From contig JBNJNM010000010.1 of NCBI GenBank assembly GCA_052426225.1, forward strand, positions 1,364,001-1,428,000: 64,000 nucleotides of DNA, written 5' to 3'. This stretch comes from Zancudomyces culisetae HAW-14-8. Lineage: Eukaryota > Fungi > Kickxellomycota. This document shows, one piece after another, positions 11,572 to 22,954 of this stretch (its first letter is position 1; the number at the start of each line of letters is the position of its first letter). The notes beneath the pieces were generated by a model, which saw only the letters and a list, made by a program, of their open reading frames with translations, was not told the DNA's origin and searched no databases. Both the position numbers and the translations under genes were made by a program.

Positions 11572-12896
11572 TCTGCTCAACGACTTTTTGAAATTATAGT
11601 AGGCACAAGCAAAACGAATGTGCGTAGTGATTATATGTTTTCTTTTTTGTTTTATATATATATACCCTGTATGTTTCCTCTTCTCTGTATGGGTTTCTTT
11701 TTAACCGCTTTCTGAGTCTTATTGAAATCTATTCTATACGTCTATTCACTAAATCTCTAGCCTGTTGTTAAACCGGTTTCTTTTCCTCTTCAAGGTATCA
11801 AGAATATTCTTTATTATTTAGTTTATAAAGCGTAACCTCAGATCTCAAATGTACAAAAAAAAGAATTTATTTATCTTTTATATTTGCCTCGCTTTCAGGT
11901 CTAAAAAAAAAATAACAAACAATCCCTGTAAATTATGATGCAATAACCCCCTGATATCTACCTTTTTGTCTTTATTCTTTTCCTCTCCCTTTAGTGAAAA
12001 AGCGGTATATGACAAAAAAGGGCAAAAACCACCCAGTTAGAATCAGCTCTATGCTCCGATATTCCTACCATTTAGCAATGTCATTTGCTATCTCTTTAAT
12101 CTTTTGCATTTAACTTTGGCTTTCCGATTTGCACTTCCTCATTGATTACTAAGCATTTAGGCTTACAATTAACGAATTATCATTTGCGCAAACATATTTA
12201 CAAAAACAATTATAAAATAAGCTTTTTCTATAGCAATTCTGAAAGCTGGGATTGGATAGCTATCAAAATCTTAATTAAGGATTTAGCCAAACAACCAATT
12301 GGTCAGATTGTGCTGATAAAATTTTTTTTTAACATCCCCTTTTTTTTTGTTTCTATGCTGGTTGAATCAGTTGAAGAATTGAACTGAAAATCGCTTTACT
12401 TGTGAACTATTTTTTGGATTGGTTTGTATTCTCAGTGGCTGATGTTTATGTACGAAAACAAAAGCCGTTAAAAAAGCGAGTTTCTGGACCCACTTTGGTT
12501 GACGTTTTGCATTAGCTTCCGAACCACAGACGTTGGTGTGGATCGCTTGACAACATGTAACTACATGATATGTCCAGCTCAATAACGCCTGGGACATCCT
12601 AGCAGAATAAAAAAGCCCACCTAAAGATTTTTATTGTTTGTTCCCACAACTCTCTCACTTTCCAGTTCATGATGATGAATTGTGACTAATATTGCGGATA
12701 ATTTCGGGATTGTTTGGCAATTAGTTAAAACAACTCGATGTTGCTGCATCTAGAAATTTCCAGAGTTTTGTCAAAGGGATGTGTATATGTTTCTCATGTA
12801 GTAGTTCCATTCCCAGATTAGATACAAATACGTGCACATAATTGTAATACCTCACCTTTGTAATACACTTGCATACATTGTGTGACAGCCTTGTGG

Positions 12897-12916
12897 TGGG
12901 GGGGGGGGGGGGGGGG
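12897..12916. repeat. Poly-G tract (about 20 nt)
   Basis: Seen directly. Confidence 0.9.
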
Positions 12917-13027
12917 TTCAGCTCAGAATAGCTGAAATTGTGAATATTTAGCAGCCTGGGATATTAGTTGATTTTTACTCGGCTAATATACAAGTTATTG
13001 ATTACTTTCTTTGGATAGTAGGCAATC

Positions 13028-13118
13028 CACCTCTACCTCTACCTCTACCTCTACTTCCACTTCCACTTCCAGAATTACAACCACAACCACAAATACAACT
13101 ACAGCCACAGCCACAGCG
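13028..13118. repeat. Compound hexamer microsatellite (CCTCTA)n-(CTTCCA)n...(CAACCA/CAGCCA)n
   Basis: Seen directly, in intergenic DNA. Confidence 0.85.
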
Positions 13119-13409
13119 ACTTAGCATTATACTTCAATTTTGAATACCATCTTTTCTCCTCTTTGTCACAGAGTACACTTTTCTGCAAACCACCAACCTC
13201 AATTACCCGCCCTTCTTTTCTTTAATGGGGATAACGAAAAACAACTCATCCGGTTTTCCGAGTAAACGGACTGCATTCATTTAATTTGTGGGTTTATTTA
13301 ATACAGTATACTTACTAAAGAAAAACAAGAAATAGGAAAAATAAATATTTTCTGAAAAATACTTTGAAAAGTAGCTGTAGCTGTTGCTATAGCTATAGCT
13401 AGATACATC

Positions 13410-15383
13410 TTAATGAGGTTCTCTAAAAGGGTCCTCCAGCTCCATATGAAAATGATGAGAAGAGAAGGTAGGGGCTTGTTCATACTCAGAACTCTCGGCT
13501 GTTTCGCTTTTTTCGGGTTCGTCTTCTACATTCGACTCTCTGATATCATGTGCAAATCTATTTTCGGGTTCGTCTTCTTTTATATTTGACTCACTGGTCT
13601 CTTGTGCAAATCTATTTTCGGGTTCTTCTTCTTTTATAGCTGACTCACTGGTCTCTTGCATAGGTCTTTTTTCTTCTACAAATCTTTTCTCTGGTTCTGG
13701 TTGAGCTTGATATCGAGCTTGATATTGATCTTGGTATTGAGCTTGCTCTTGAGGTGGGGCCTGGAATTGGGAGCTCTGGCTGGCTACAGTCGAGTTTCTT
13801 CTAATAAACTCATCGACAGGGCTAGGTTTATTATAGTCGCTGTTTATGGTTGATTCTAGTATATCATACCACGGCTTATTACCAGTTCCACTGCCCGATC
13901 CCCTTTCTCCTGCTTGTAAAACACCATCGTGCATTTTAGGGTGAAAAGCAGATTCGGTAAATGAATGCTTTTTCTTTGGCAACAAGGCTCTTTTATGGGA
14001 CAGCACGAACTTACCATCGGTTTGATTCACATATATTTCGGTGGTTGGGAGATAGAATGAATGAACAGGATCACTCTTGTCCTCATATTCTTTTTGGTTT
14101 TTGTACAGATGCAAGTACTTGGAAACAGTCATTACACCATAAAAATCGTGCATTGATTTTAAGAGACCGCTTTTCATTTTGATTGGCCCCTCGGCAACAA
14201 CCGAAAGCACATCGATGTTCTTGTCTGAGAGCCTTCTTATTTCAGTACTATGTCTTCTTGTGGTGTCAGAATAGTCAGTCACTCCATTGTGGATGTGGTT
14301 TTGGAATTTTGCCCACTCATCTTGGTAATTAAAGTTTTTCAACTCTTCACGATTTTCAGCAATAACAACTTCAAGGTTCTTACACTCGTTGGTTTTGATC
14401 GTGAAATAAGAGTCAATGAGATCGCTTATTTTGCGAACAACTTTAGACTCCCATTCGTGAATTTTCTCCAACTCCACATTCAAAGTCTTCTGGAATTTTT
14501 CTTCAGTTTCTTCCTGCTTTTTGAGATTTTTCTCCAACTCGTTCCTGTGCAAAATAGGATCATCCTGCTTCTTAGTGTTCACACTTTTATCAACCACTTG
14601 GTTACGAAGCTTGTTTATGCCTTTATCTATTTGCTTTCCCTGACTTGACATGGCTCCATACTCCTTGCTAATAACTTTGATAAATTTGGTTTCGTACTTT
14701 GAGACCTGTCTTCTCAACCTTTTAAGGTCGGGAATAATATTCTTCTTGATGTCGTCTATCTTCTCTTCATGAACATTGAGCATTCTAGTTTGGAATGTCC
14801 TAAACTTTTCTGTGATGTATGGGACTCCTGTTCCCTCTCCTTGAATAATAGCATCTTCTGCATCTCTGTTTCCACTTCCTTTCCTTCTGAACTTCTTTCT
14901 GGTTACATCAACTGGATTTGTAGATTTGTTCATTCTTTTAATTTTATTCACATAACTGTTCTCAACTTTCACATACTTTTTGAAAAACGTCAAATAATAA
15001 TCAATAAGCCCCTTTATGGTGTCGATGCGGAGCTGAGGTGCAACCAAAAGATCTTTGGCTGATTTTGGATAGTTTGAGATACGCAGTATATCATCTGGGT
15101 TAAGATCACCATTTGCTTGTCCGGTTGTTTCTCCAGTTTGATATTGACTTGCTCTTCTCGTCGAACCATTCATTCCATCAGCAGGCTCATCTTTACCTAT
15201 GTTTGGTCCTCTATCACCCGTTCCCATGTTTCTTTGTTTCAAAGCATCCATATACGCCTGGCTTCTACCTGAAGCAGGAGCCCTTGTAGCTCCAGCATCC
15301 TGGTACTGTTCTTGTGAATATGGAGGTGCCTGAGTACGCTCTACATTCACATCTTGGTTTTGCCATGGTGTTTCGTTAACCAT
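13410..15383 (-). CDS. Slm1/Slm2-like BAR + PH domain phosphoinositide-binding protein
   Basis: Long helical coiled-coil region followed by a PH domain (EGPIKMKSGLLKSMHDFYGVMTVSKYLHLYK...DPVHSFYLP) and an acidic repeat tail. Confidence 0.75.
   Translation of the reverse strand: MVNETPWQNQDVNVERTQAPPYSQEQYQDAGATRAPASGRSQAYMDALKQRNMGTGDRGPNIGKDEPADGMNGSTRRASQYQTGETTGQANGDLNPDDILRISNYPKSAKDLLVAPQLRIDTIKGLIDYYLTFFKKYVKVENSYVNKIKRMNKSTNPVDVTRKKFRRKGSGNRDAEDAIIQGEGTGVPYITEKFRTFQTRMLNVHEEKIDDIKKNIIPDLKRLRRQVSKYETKFIKVISKEYGAMSSQGKQIDKGINKLRNQVVDKSVNTKKQDDPILHRNELEKNLKKQEETEEKFQKTLNVELEKIHEWESKVVRKISDLIDSYFTIKTNECKNLEVVIAENREELKNFNYQDEWAKFQNHIHNGVTDYSDTTRRHSTEIRRLSDKNIDVLSVVAEGPIKMKSGLLKSMHDFYGVMTVSKYLHLYKNQKEYEDKSDPVHSFYLPTTEIYVNQTDGKFVLSHKRALLPKKKHSFTESAFHPKMHDGVLQAGERGSGSGTGNKPWYDILESTINSDYNKPSPVDEFIRRNSTVASQSSQFQAPPQEQAQYQDQYQARYQAQPEPEKRFVEEKRPMQETSESAIKEEEPENRFAQETSESNIKEDEPENRFAHDIRESNVEDEPEKSETAESSEYEQAPTFSSHHFHMELEDPFREPH
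13511..13660 (-). repeat. About 54-bp coding tandem repeat, ~3 copies (QETSESxIKEdEPENRFA)
   Basis: Visible in both DNA and protein. Confidence 0.9.
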
Positions 15384-18300
15384 TCTTTTTTTTTAGAGGG
15401 TTGTAAACTTTGTTTTTGGTATTTCTTTTGTGTTAAAAAGTGAAGTTTTAATTTAATGAAAGATAAAACTCAAACCCATGAGCTTAAATATCATCATGTC
15501 TTGGTAAGGCTTTTTAAATTTTTTTTGTTGGTTCACACATATGGAGAAGAGGATGAGAATTGGTGTGGGTAGGCGTGTGTTCTGAAGCATCAATACTAAC
15601 GATTACTATTAATTACACTGTTCACGTATCTGTAGTGTTTGCAAAATCCAAGCCACCATTCTGGAAGATTTTTATATTTCGAACCTCCTATTCGCAAACC
15701 GCAAAAACAAAGCTGAAATAGCCGAGTACAGAGTACCAGAGAATTGAGTGGAAGATGACATTAAGCGTAGAGATAAGGCATCCTATGTCTTCAAGAAAAA
15801 AATAATAAATGGGCACATGACTCGTGACTGGCGAATGCATCTTTGCATTAACAATTTTTGTTTTTCTTTTGCTCTCGTTACTGAAAATTGAGAATTGTCC
15901 AATAAATCAAATAACTTTGCTTCTCCTTTTATCAATAACACTGTTGCTGGTTGGTCTGTTTGTTTTTTTTTTGTGAAGGGTCTTGCTGCTAAACACGCAT
16001 TATCAGTGGGTCTGTAAGATTTACTGCTACAAACAATGCTTTTAACCATCTGAGGAGACATGAGAGGGATTATCCATTATATTTGGTTTGCTGCTCTTGG
16101 TAATGGAATTGAAACTCGGCAATTCCAAATGCCCTAGCCAATGTTCTTTAGTATATACTGCACCCTATAAATATTTCTGCAATATCTCAAATTTACAAAA
16201 GACTATTGGATCCTATTTATTCATGTTGTTGATTTGGATGTATCTGTGTGCGAAAAAGTCAGTCGCACCATCCCCTTCTATTGAAATCATATGGGATTTT
16301 GCTCCGTCAGCAACGCTATATTTTATAAAAGTTTTTGCCCACAATGATTAGAGTGATCCCAGTTATTTTGATTAGCTTTTTCAATGAGAGTTATTATCGT
16401 TACCCAAAGTGGTAAGATTCCTTTTAGCTTGTTTCATTCATCCAATTTGCTCTTGCTTGAACCAGAAATATATTTTTTAGCAATAATGATTTACACATGG
16501 AGAACATAACTGCACCTTTATTTACATCTGAGCTCTTCCTATGGTGCGTTGATGGTCGATTTTTACCGCGGAATCGACAACGATGCGGCTTTGGTCAAAC
16601 TCAACTCACTTAGCTTAGCTTTTCCCGCTTTGATGAGAACAAAAAATAAAATCATCTCATTAGAACTCTGAAAAACAAAATTTCTAAAAATACTCTAAAA
16701 TCCAAAACAGTGAAGCATCATCATTTTTTTTTACTCACTCTGTGAGGCGCACAAACAGCAAAGGATAGGGGCTACATCTTAATACCAAGAATAAGATCCC
16801 TTTGTGTACAGAGTAGTCCTTGTGTTTATACCTTTTCACTCTTCAATGTGCATGGGTATAGTTGTTTAAAGGACCAACGTTTAGCTGCAAGGTAAATTAC
16901 TACGCTGCCATCACCATCCCGCCTGAGAGTACAGACTGACAATATTATCATGATAAACGCATCTAAATACGAATTCTATATCTAAAGCTGATGGCCGGGT
17001 CTGACCCTTGCAAAAGAAACATTCTTTTCTTTATGAACATCCTAATACAATCAAATTGGTTTTATTAGTTCAACTCTGAAAAGGAATTAATTTAACGAAA
17101 AAAAACGTGATTTCTGGAAAGAAACGTGTAAATACTATCGATAGCAAGCTACAAGAGGAGTCTTATCGATAACAAAAACTCTAGAACTACCACACGTTAT
17201 TCGCCTATTAAACCGAGTGGGTTAAAATAAAATGGATTAATTTGCCGGAACTATCTCCAAATCCCCAAGAAGCTTAGTTGGCGGGGGTGCTTTGTCACGT
17301 GCGTGACTTTATTCTCTATCGCTATGCATATTTCTCCCCGCTAACAAGAGTTTTATTCATGCGTACATCACATACATGGCGTTGAAGGTCAGCTGCTTTA
17401 CTTCCCAACATGGGACATTTTTCTCGGAAATAATTAGCACGCAACAGGTTTGTGAATGATGGGAAGAGTCAATCTACTACACGCAACTTATGAATTACAA
17501 TAATCAAGTATTATTTCGCAGATAAGTCACATTAATCTGAAAACAAAGCATATTCTTGCAACACTCGCAATGTGTTTTGGCAGACATTCGTATTGGGGAT
17601 TTAACGTATTTTTGAATATTATAAACATCAACTAGGAATGAGCTGATTAAATCCGAATTTAGCTTACTATTAGTATTTTGTTCCTAGCGAGCCTATGGGA
17701 ATATGTCAATACAAAAATAGTATCCACGAATAGACAACCTATTCAGTTTAGCAGAACAGTATAGCACATGTTACTTTTTTTCCTTAGTACACTGAGCGGA
17801 GTAGGGGAGGAGGGGGGGGGGGGGAGGTTGGATGAGTGGAATCGTATTGACAAAGTGCCAGAGCATTAGTGTGTACTAGTGTCAGTTCCGTTTTACAATT
17901 TTCTGCTTTTTTATCTAGTGATTACGATTCTATTTGCCTAGAGATTGTTTACATTTCAAGAGCGCAAAATAAAATATGATATTTCGGTTGATTATGGAAG
18001 ACCAAACTTATCAATTGTTGGTGGATAGAAAGGTAGTTGAAAATGACGACATCTTTACAATTTTCCTGTTATTTGATGCATTATTCCCTACAATCATGCT
18101 AAAAGAGAAAACAAAAGACCAAAGATTAGCGAGTAGCGAGTGGCAAAGGGGGGTATAATAAGTGGGTGTCTGAATTCCAAATATGGATAATGTTAACCAT
18201 TCATTCCCGTTACTGCCTAAACGAGGCCCCATTTTTCTTTTCCAATCCTGCATTGTCTTTTATTTGAATTGAAAACTTCTCCCCACCAACACCACCATTA

Positions 18301-19103
18301 TCTTTATCTTTCATCAGTATAGGGTTCTATAGAGGCCAATTAGACAAAAAATTAGAAAAAAATCCAATTTGACCCTTTGCTTCTGCCATTACAAATCTAA
18401 AAAAACACAAAAATGGCTTTCACTATTATTGTTGTGGGAATTTTGAAAGGGTCACAAGCTCTAATTAGTTTCTAAGGAAAACTGATAGTTGTTATAGGGA
18501 ACTGGGGATGCGGTGAGATGAGAAGGAAAGGGGTTTCTCCTTGGCAAAATCACGCAATCTGCACAATTTTCACAGTTTGCACACATAACACATTGCATCA
18601 TTTAGCTTTCATTTGCCGTAATGAACATGCTTGATGCCAAATTTATTTATTTGTACTAATTTGCAAATAATTTAGTGGTAAAAGAAACATATGACTTTGT
18701 TAATTCTGTAGAAAATCTGGTAGAGACACCGAGCTGACTTGTGTTTTTACGTATATTTATTCCATTTAATATTACCCTTTTTGTCATAAAAAGGAAAAAG
18801 GGTACGATTTAAACATATATAGCTGGAGGAGAAGAGTAAGCATAATTTAATGTGAACGCAAAAAAGGATTTTATTTAGTACCAGTGTTGGATGCTACGAC
18901 GAGAAAAAAATACAACGGATATATGCTTATATATAGTTGTATATTCAGAGCATAATGTAAAAAAGTGGAATACGTATACTCGAAAACTAATTTGCGTAAC
19001 CAAGTATGCTCAATGCAAGTGTACTTCAAGAATATAGTACAGACTTATAGGGAAATAGAACCAGTGCACGCAAAACCAGTGTTATAGGTTGCAATAAACA
19101 CAC

Positions 19104-20204
19104 ATGACCACAGGAGGAGACAAGGATATATCAACAATAAGCAGTTGGACGAGCATAGTAATATCAGAGTCACCTGACACTGAGTCAGCTTCATGGGGTT
19201 GGACAAATTTGAATATAGAACATGAGGGTGGGGCGATGAGTGAAGAGGAAAGCAAAGAGGAGGAGGAAAATATAAACCTAGTGACTCAGGGTAGTTATAT
19301 TGATTTTGGATTTGGAAAAAAGCAAAAGGTAGTGGATTTGCAGGCGGAGGATCAAGTTGAATTAGAATTATACTCGGGCCAAAAGCTTGAAGAGACAGGT
19401 TATGTAAGCGACAGAGGAATATCAATAACAAAAGGAGCTGTCGCTAGGCGTAAAAACGAAAATTCGAAGGAAAAAAAAGATGCAAAACAAAGGAAAAAGA
19501 TGAATAGCATTGGTAGAACCGAGTCGAAACACCTATTGAGAAGAGGTGAGAGTCAATTTGCATTAGTTGAAACGACGACGGGTGGATGTGAAATTTCGGC
19601 AAAAAAAGATACTGGTGAAATACAAAATAATAGTAAGGAACGAGGAGGGGTAACACAACTTGGTATACCTATTAAAAAAAGCATCAGAGATATAATAAGA
19701 CAAGAAAACAGGCGTTCTGAATACAAAAACATGATTTTCGATCAAAAAGACAAAATTTCGTATTTAAGTAAAAAGGATATGGTCAGTGGATGGTTAGAAA
19801 GCGGGACAATCTGCGACAGCCATAGCGAAAGTAATAAAAGCAAAAGGACAAGTTGCGATAGCAAAAGTACAGATAATACTAGGAACAGTAGTGGCGAATT
19901 CGAGGCAGAAAACTCTGGAGAAACGTCCAGAATAGAGAGGGGAATGGAGCATGAAGGGGGTGCTACTAAAAAATTAGCAGAGAATAACAAGAAAGGCGGA
20001 TTGTTTGAATGGATACTGAGTAGTACTGCCGAATGGTTAATGGAAAACAATGGCAGTAGTGATTATCTTGGGTCGAAAAGAGAAGTAAGCGGCATACACA
20101 GCTGCAGTATATATCAGGAGAGTGGAAACAAGTCTAAAGGGATGGAAGACGTTTTTAAAGAGTTTTATAAATTCCAATCAATGGATTTTTCAAAACCTCT
20201 ATAG
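19104..20204 (+). CDS. Hypothetical, largely disordered Ser/Glu/Lys-rich protein (366 aa)
   Basis: 1.1-kb ATG-initiated ORF with purine-rich, coding-like composition; no family recognised. Confidence 0.7.
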   Translation: MTTGGDKDISTISSWTSIVISESPDTESASWGWTNLNIEHEGGAMSEEESKEEEENINLVTQGSYIDFGFGKKQKVVDLQAEDQVELELYSGQKLEETGYVSDRGISITKGAVARRKNENSKEKKDAKQRKKMNSIGRTESKHLLRRGESQFALVETTTGGCEISAKKDTGEIQNNSKERGGVTQLGIPIKKSIRDIIRQENRRSEYKNMIFDQKDKISYLSKKDMVSGWLESGTICDSHSESNKSKRTSCDSKSTDNTRNSSGEFEAENSGETSRIERGMEHEGGATKKLAENNKKGGLFEWILSSTAEWLMENNGSSDYLGSKREVSGIHSCSIYQESGNKSKGMEDVFKEFYKFQSMDFSKPL

Positions 20205-20213
20205 CAATGTGAC

Positions 20214-22588
20214 CTACAATAACATTAAGTAAAAAACAAACAAGTGAAGGAAGGAGATGTAAAGGTAAACCAAATGGCGCGTATATTTATAGCGCATTAG
20301 GTTCCTTGTAAACCTTTTGATGGCGCCAAAGTAACGATTTGTTTTCGATTTGGACAAAAACGGAGAAAGTAGCCTATGGCGGGAAGAGTATCGATATGCG
20401 TAGTCATCAGAAAAGCCGTCAAAGCCATATATTCGGGTAGAGGTAGTTGGGGTGGGGATATTGATTGCCGAGGGAGTCGAAAAGGAATTTATTGATTTTA
20501 GAGATTTTAGTTGGCCGATTAAATTAGAGTTTTCGGCTTGCAGTTTATCTGCTTTCAGCAGCAGCTGTTCGTTAAGCGAATGTGCTTTTCTCAACTGATC
20601 CTCCAGGTCGGTGGTGCGCTGCTTAAAGCGGTCTCGTTGGGAGGTGACAATAGGAAGGATCGAATTGTTGGTGGAATTGTTGTCATTCTTGTTAACATCC
20701 ACCGTGGAAGAAGATAAATCGTGCTCCAGTTTTAAGACCAAATCGGACTTCGCTTTTAGCTGAGTCGACAGCTGACTTACCTGCGACTTTAAGGATTGGG
20801 TTTCTGTTTCAAACTGGGTAGACTTGTTTTTGGTTAATGTAAGTTGCGTTTGAAGATTCTGGTTCTGTTTAATCAGCTGTTGTTCGAAGGTTAGCTTGAC
20901 GTCCTTTTGTTTTGGTTTTTCTTCGTCCCAATCTCCACCAAGCTCAACACTCTTTAATATCTCTAACTCTCGTTTTATCTCTGCATAATCATTTTGTTCT
21001 TCTAGTTTATTCAACAGCTTTTTGATCTCGTTCGCCTATTTGGTTGTCAGGTTATATTTACCACTTGATACCTTGCAAGGCCATTACATTATTATTACTA
21101 TTATTATTTGAAAAGTTTTTTTCTCGTTTGTATTTTTCTGTCATTAAATTTTAGAAATATGTCTAATTTACTTTTAGCTCCAAAACACTTTCGAGTTCCT
21201 CAACCTCTCGAAGATTTTTTCCCTGAGCGATTTTTGAGGCTTCCAATTCCAAACTCAGCTTATTTAACTGCAGTTCCAACGTCTTGACCTTGTTTTGGTA
21301 GTCCAATATCCTAAAAATAATTAACCAAGTCATTTTTTTATGCACATTATCCTTGATTAGTAGCTTTCGCAAATATAACTCCACATCCCTCTACTAATAA
21401 AAAAATAATTTCTAGTATTACATTTCATTGGTCTCTACTCCTTTCTCTAGGCTTTGTATCTGCGATTTTAATTTTGCCTAAATGTTATTAAACAGTATTA
21501 TTTCAAAACTGTAATTGTCCTCAACAAAATGGAATAGTTTGTATATCGAATATATTCTGCAGCTTTCTTACCACAACAAGCTGTAGATCGTTGATTCTTA
21601 GATTCGCCCTATCCAACTCAGCTTGGTTTACGTCAAACTCGGCAAGTTTAGCTAGCATTTCCTGGTCTTTGTTGGTTGTAATATCCAGCAGCTCAGATTG
21701 GGTCAGATCGTGTGTACTTCTCAGATGTTCCAAGTTATGAACAGCCTCAGTTAATTGTTGCTGCAGGCTTAACTCACGGTTTTTTAGGTACGAAATCTGG
21801 TTTTCATACTCTCCTTGCTGCTGCTGTTGAGTATTTTGGCTGTCTTTGAGGAAATTTTCTTGTTCTTGGCGGATTTGAGCTATAGTTTCCTTCAACTCCT
21901 TATTTTCCTGGAGAAGCTTCTTGTTGTCCAGTTTTAATGTTTCCTCTTTCTTATTCTCTTTTGTTTTCTTCCTTCGATCTTCTAGTTGCTGTGCTAAATA
22001 TAACTCTGGATTTGGCAATTCGCTCATTATCTTGTAAAGATTTAAATAGGTGTTTTCTGCAAATCTCAATTTCTTTGTCAATTTGTCGATTTCATTTTGG
22101 TATCCTATACCAAGATAAAATAAATGCTATTCACTTCCTCCTGGTGCACAAGTACAAACATAAAAGAATAATGGTCGCGTTTAGGAAGAATTACACAATA
22201 CCTTTAAGCAGAACCTTCAATTCGGTCGAGTCCTGAAACGTAGTGTTTTTTCTGAAAGCTGTTTAAAGTTTTGAGAAGGTAAAAGTTAGTTAAATTCTTG
22301 AAATTGTATACTTGACGTTCATACGAACCTTTGGTGTTCTCAGCCAACTCCTTTCTGCCTTGCAAGCTACTCTTCTGATTCTCGATGATTTCCTCGCCCT
22401 TCTTCCCATAAGTTTCCAAGACATTAGGAAAATTAACATCTAATTCGCAAAATGAAGAAAAGGATATGCAATCCAAATCTGTTAGTAAAAGTATTGCGGA
22501 TGTATACATAATGTCAATATGTTGGCATATCCTTACTTTTCCAAGCCTCGAGGACGGATGATAACTCTGACGTTGTTAGTTGCTCCAT
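20214..22588 (-). CDS. COY1: Golgin CASP/Coy1 (Cux N-terminal coiled coil, CASP_C, C-terminal TM). About 7 exons: 22588-22537, 22439-22329, 22258-22202, 22104-21572, 21477-21422, ~21311-21172, ~21035-20214
   Basis: Spliced product reads ...SSLQGRKELAENTKAFRK...LKVLLKGYQNEIDKLTKKLRFAENTYL...; CASP_C motif SILPIVTSQRDRFKQR; TM segment ending in YISFLHLFVF. Confidence 0.9.
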
Positions 22589-22954
22589 TTCTCAACTATT
22601 TTTTTCCTAGTTTAATGATGTTTGAACCCGCTTACTCTTTTTTTTATGTATTCACTTATTCCATATATGAAAAATGTGTGGTTTTCGCAATTTAAACTGT
22701 TTTAATGCGAATGCCAAATCCAACTTCAATTCCATAAAAAGCCAACATTTGCAAAATTGCTCACAAAATTTATATTAAATTCCTCTAAATTCCCTCTCTC
22801 CCCCCATCACCCACCACCCACCACCCATCACCCCAACGCCCCATCTCCGACCATTTGGGGAACTACAAAATCAAAAATATTCTCTAGCTTGCAATTAAAA
22901 CTGTACAAATAACAAAAACTTCATGAAAAAACCAATCAAATGCCAAAAAAAAAA

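Noticed and set aside
16380-16620. Intron-like GTAAGA...TTTTTTAG with flanking short frames
   Set aside because: No convincing ORF or homology after splicing; at most a non-coding transcript.
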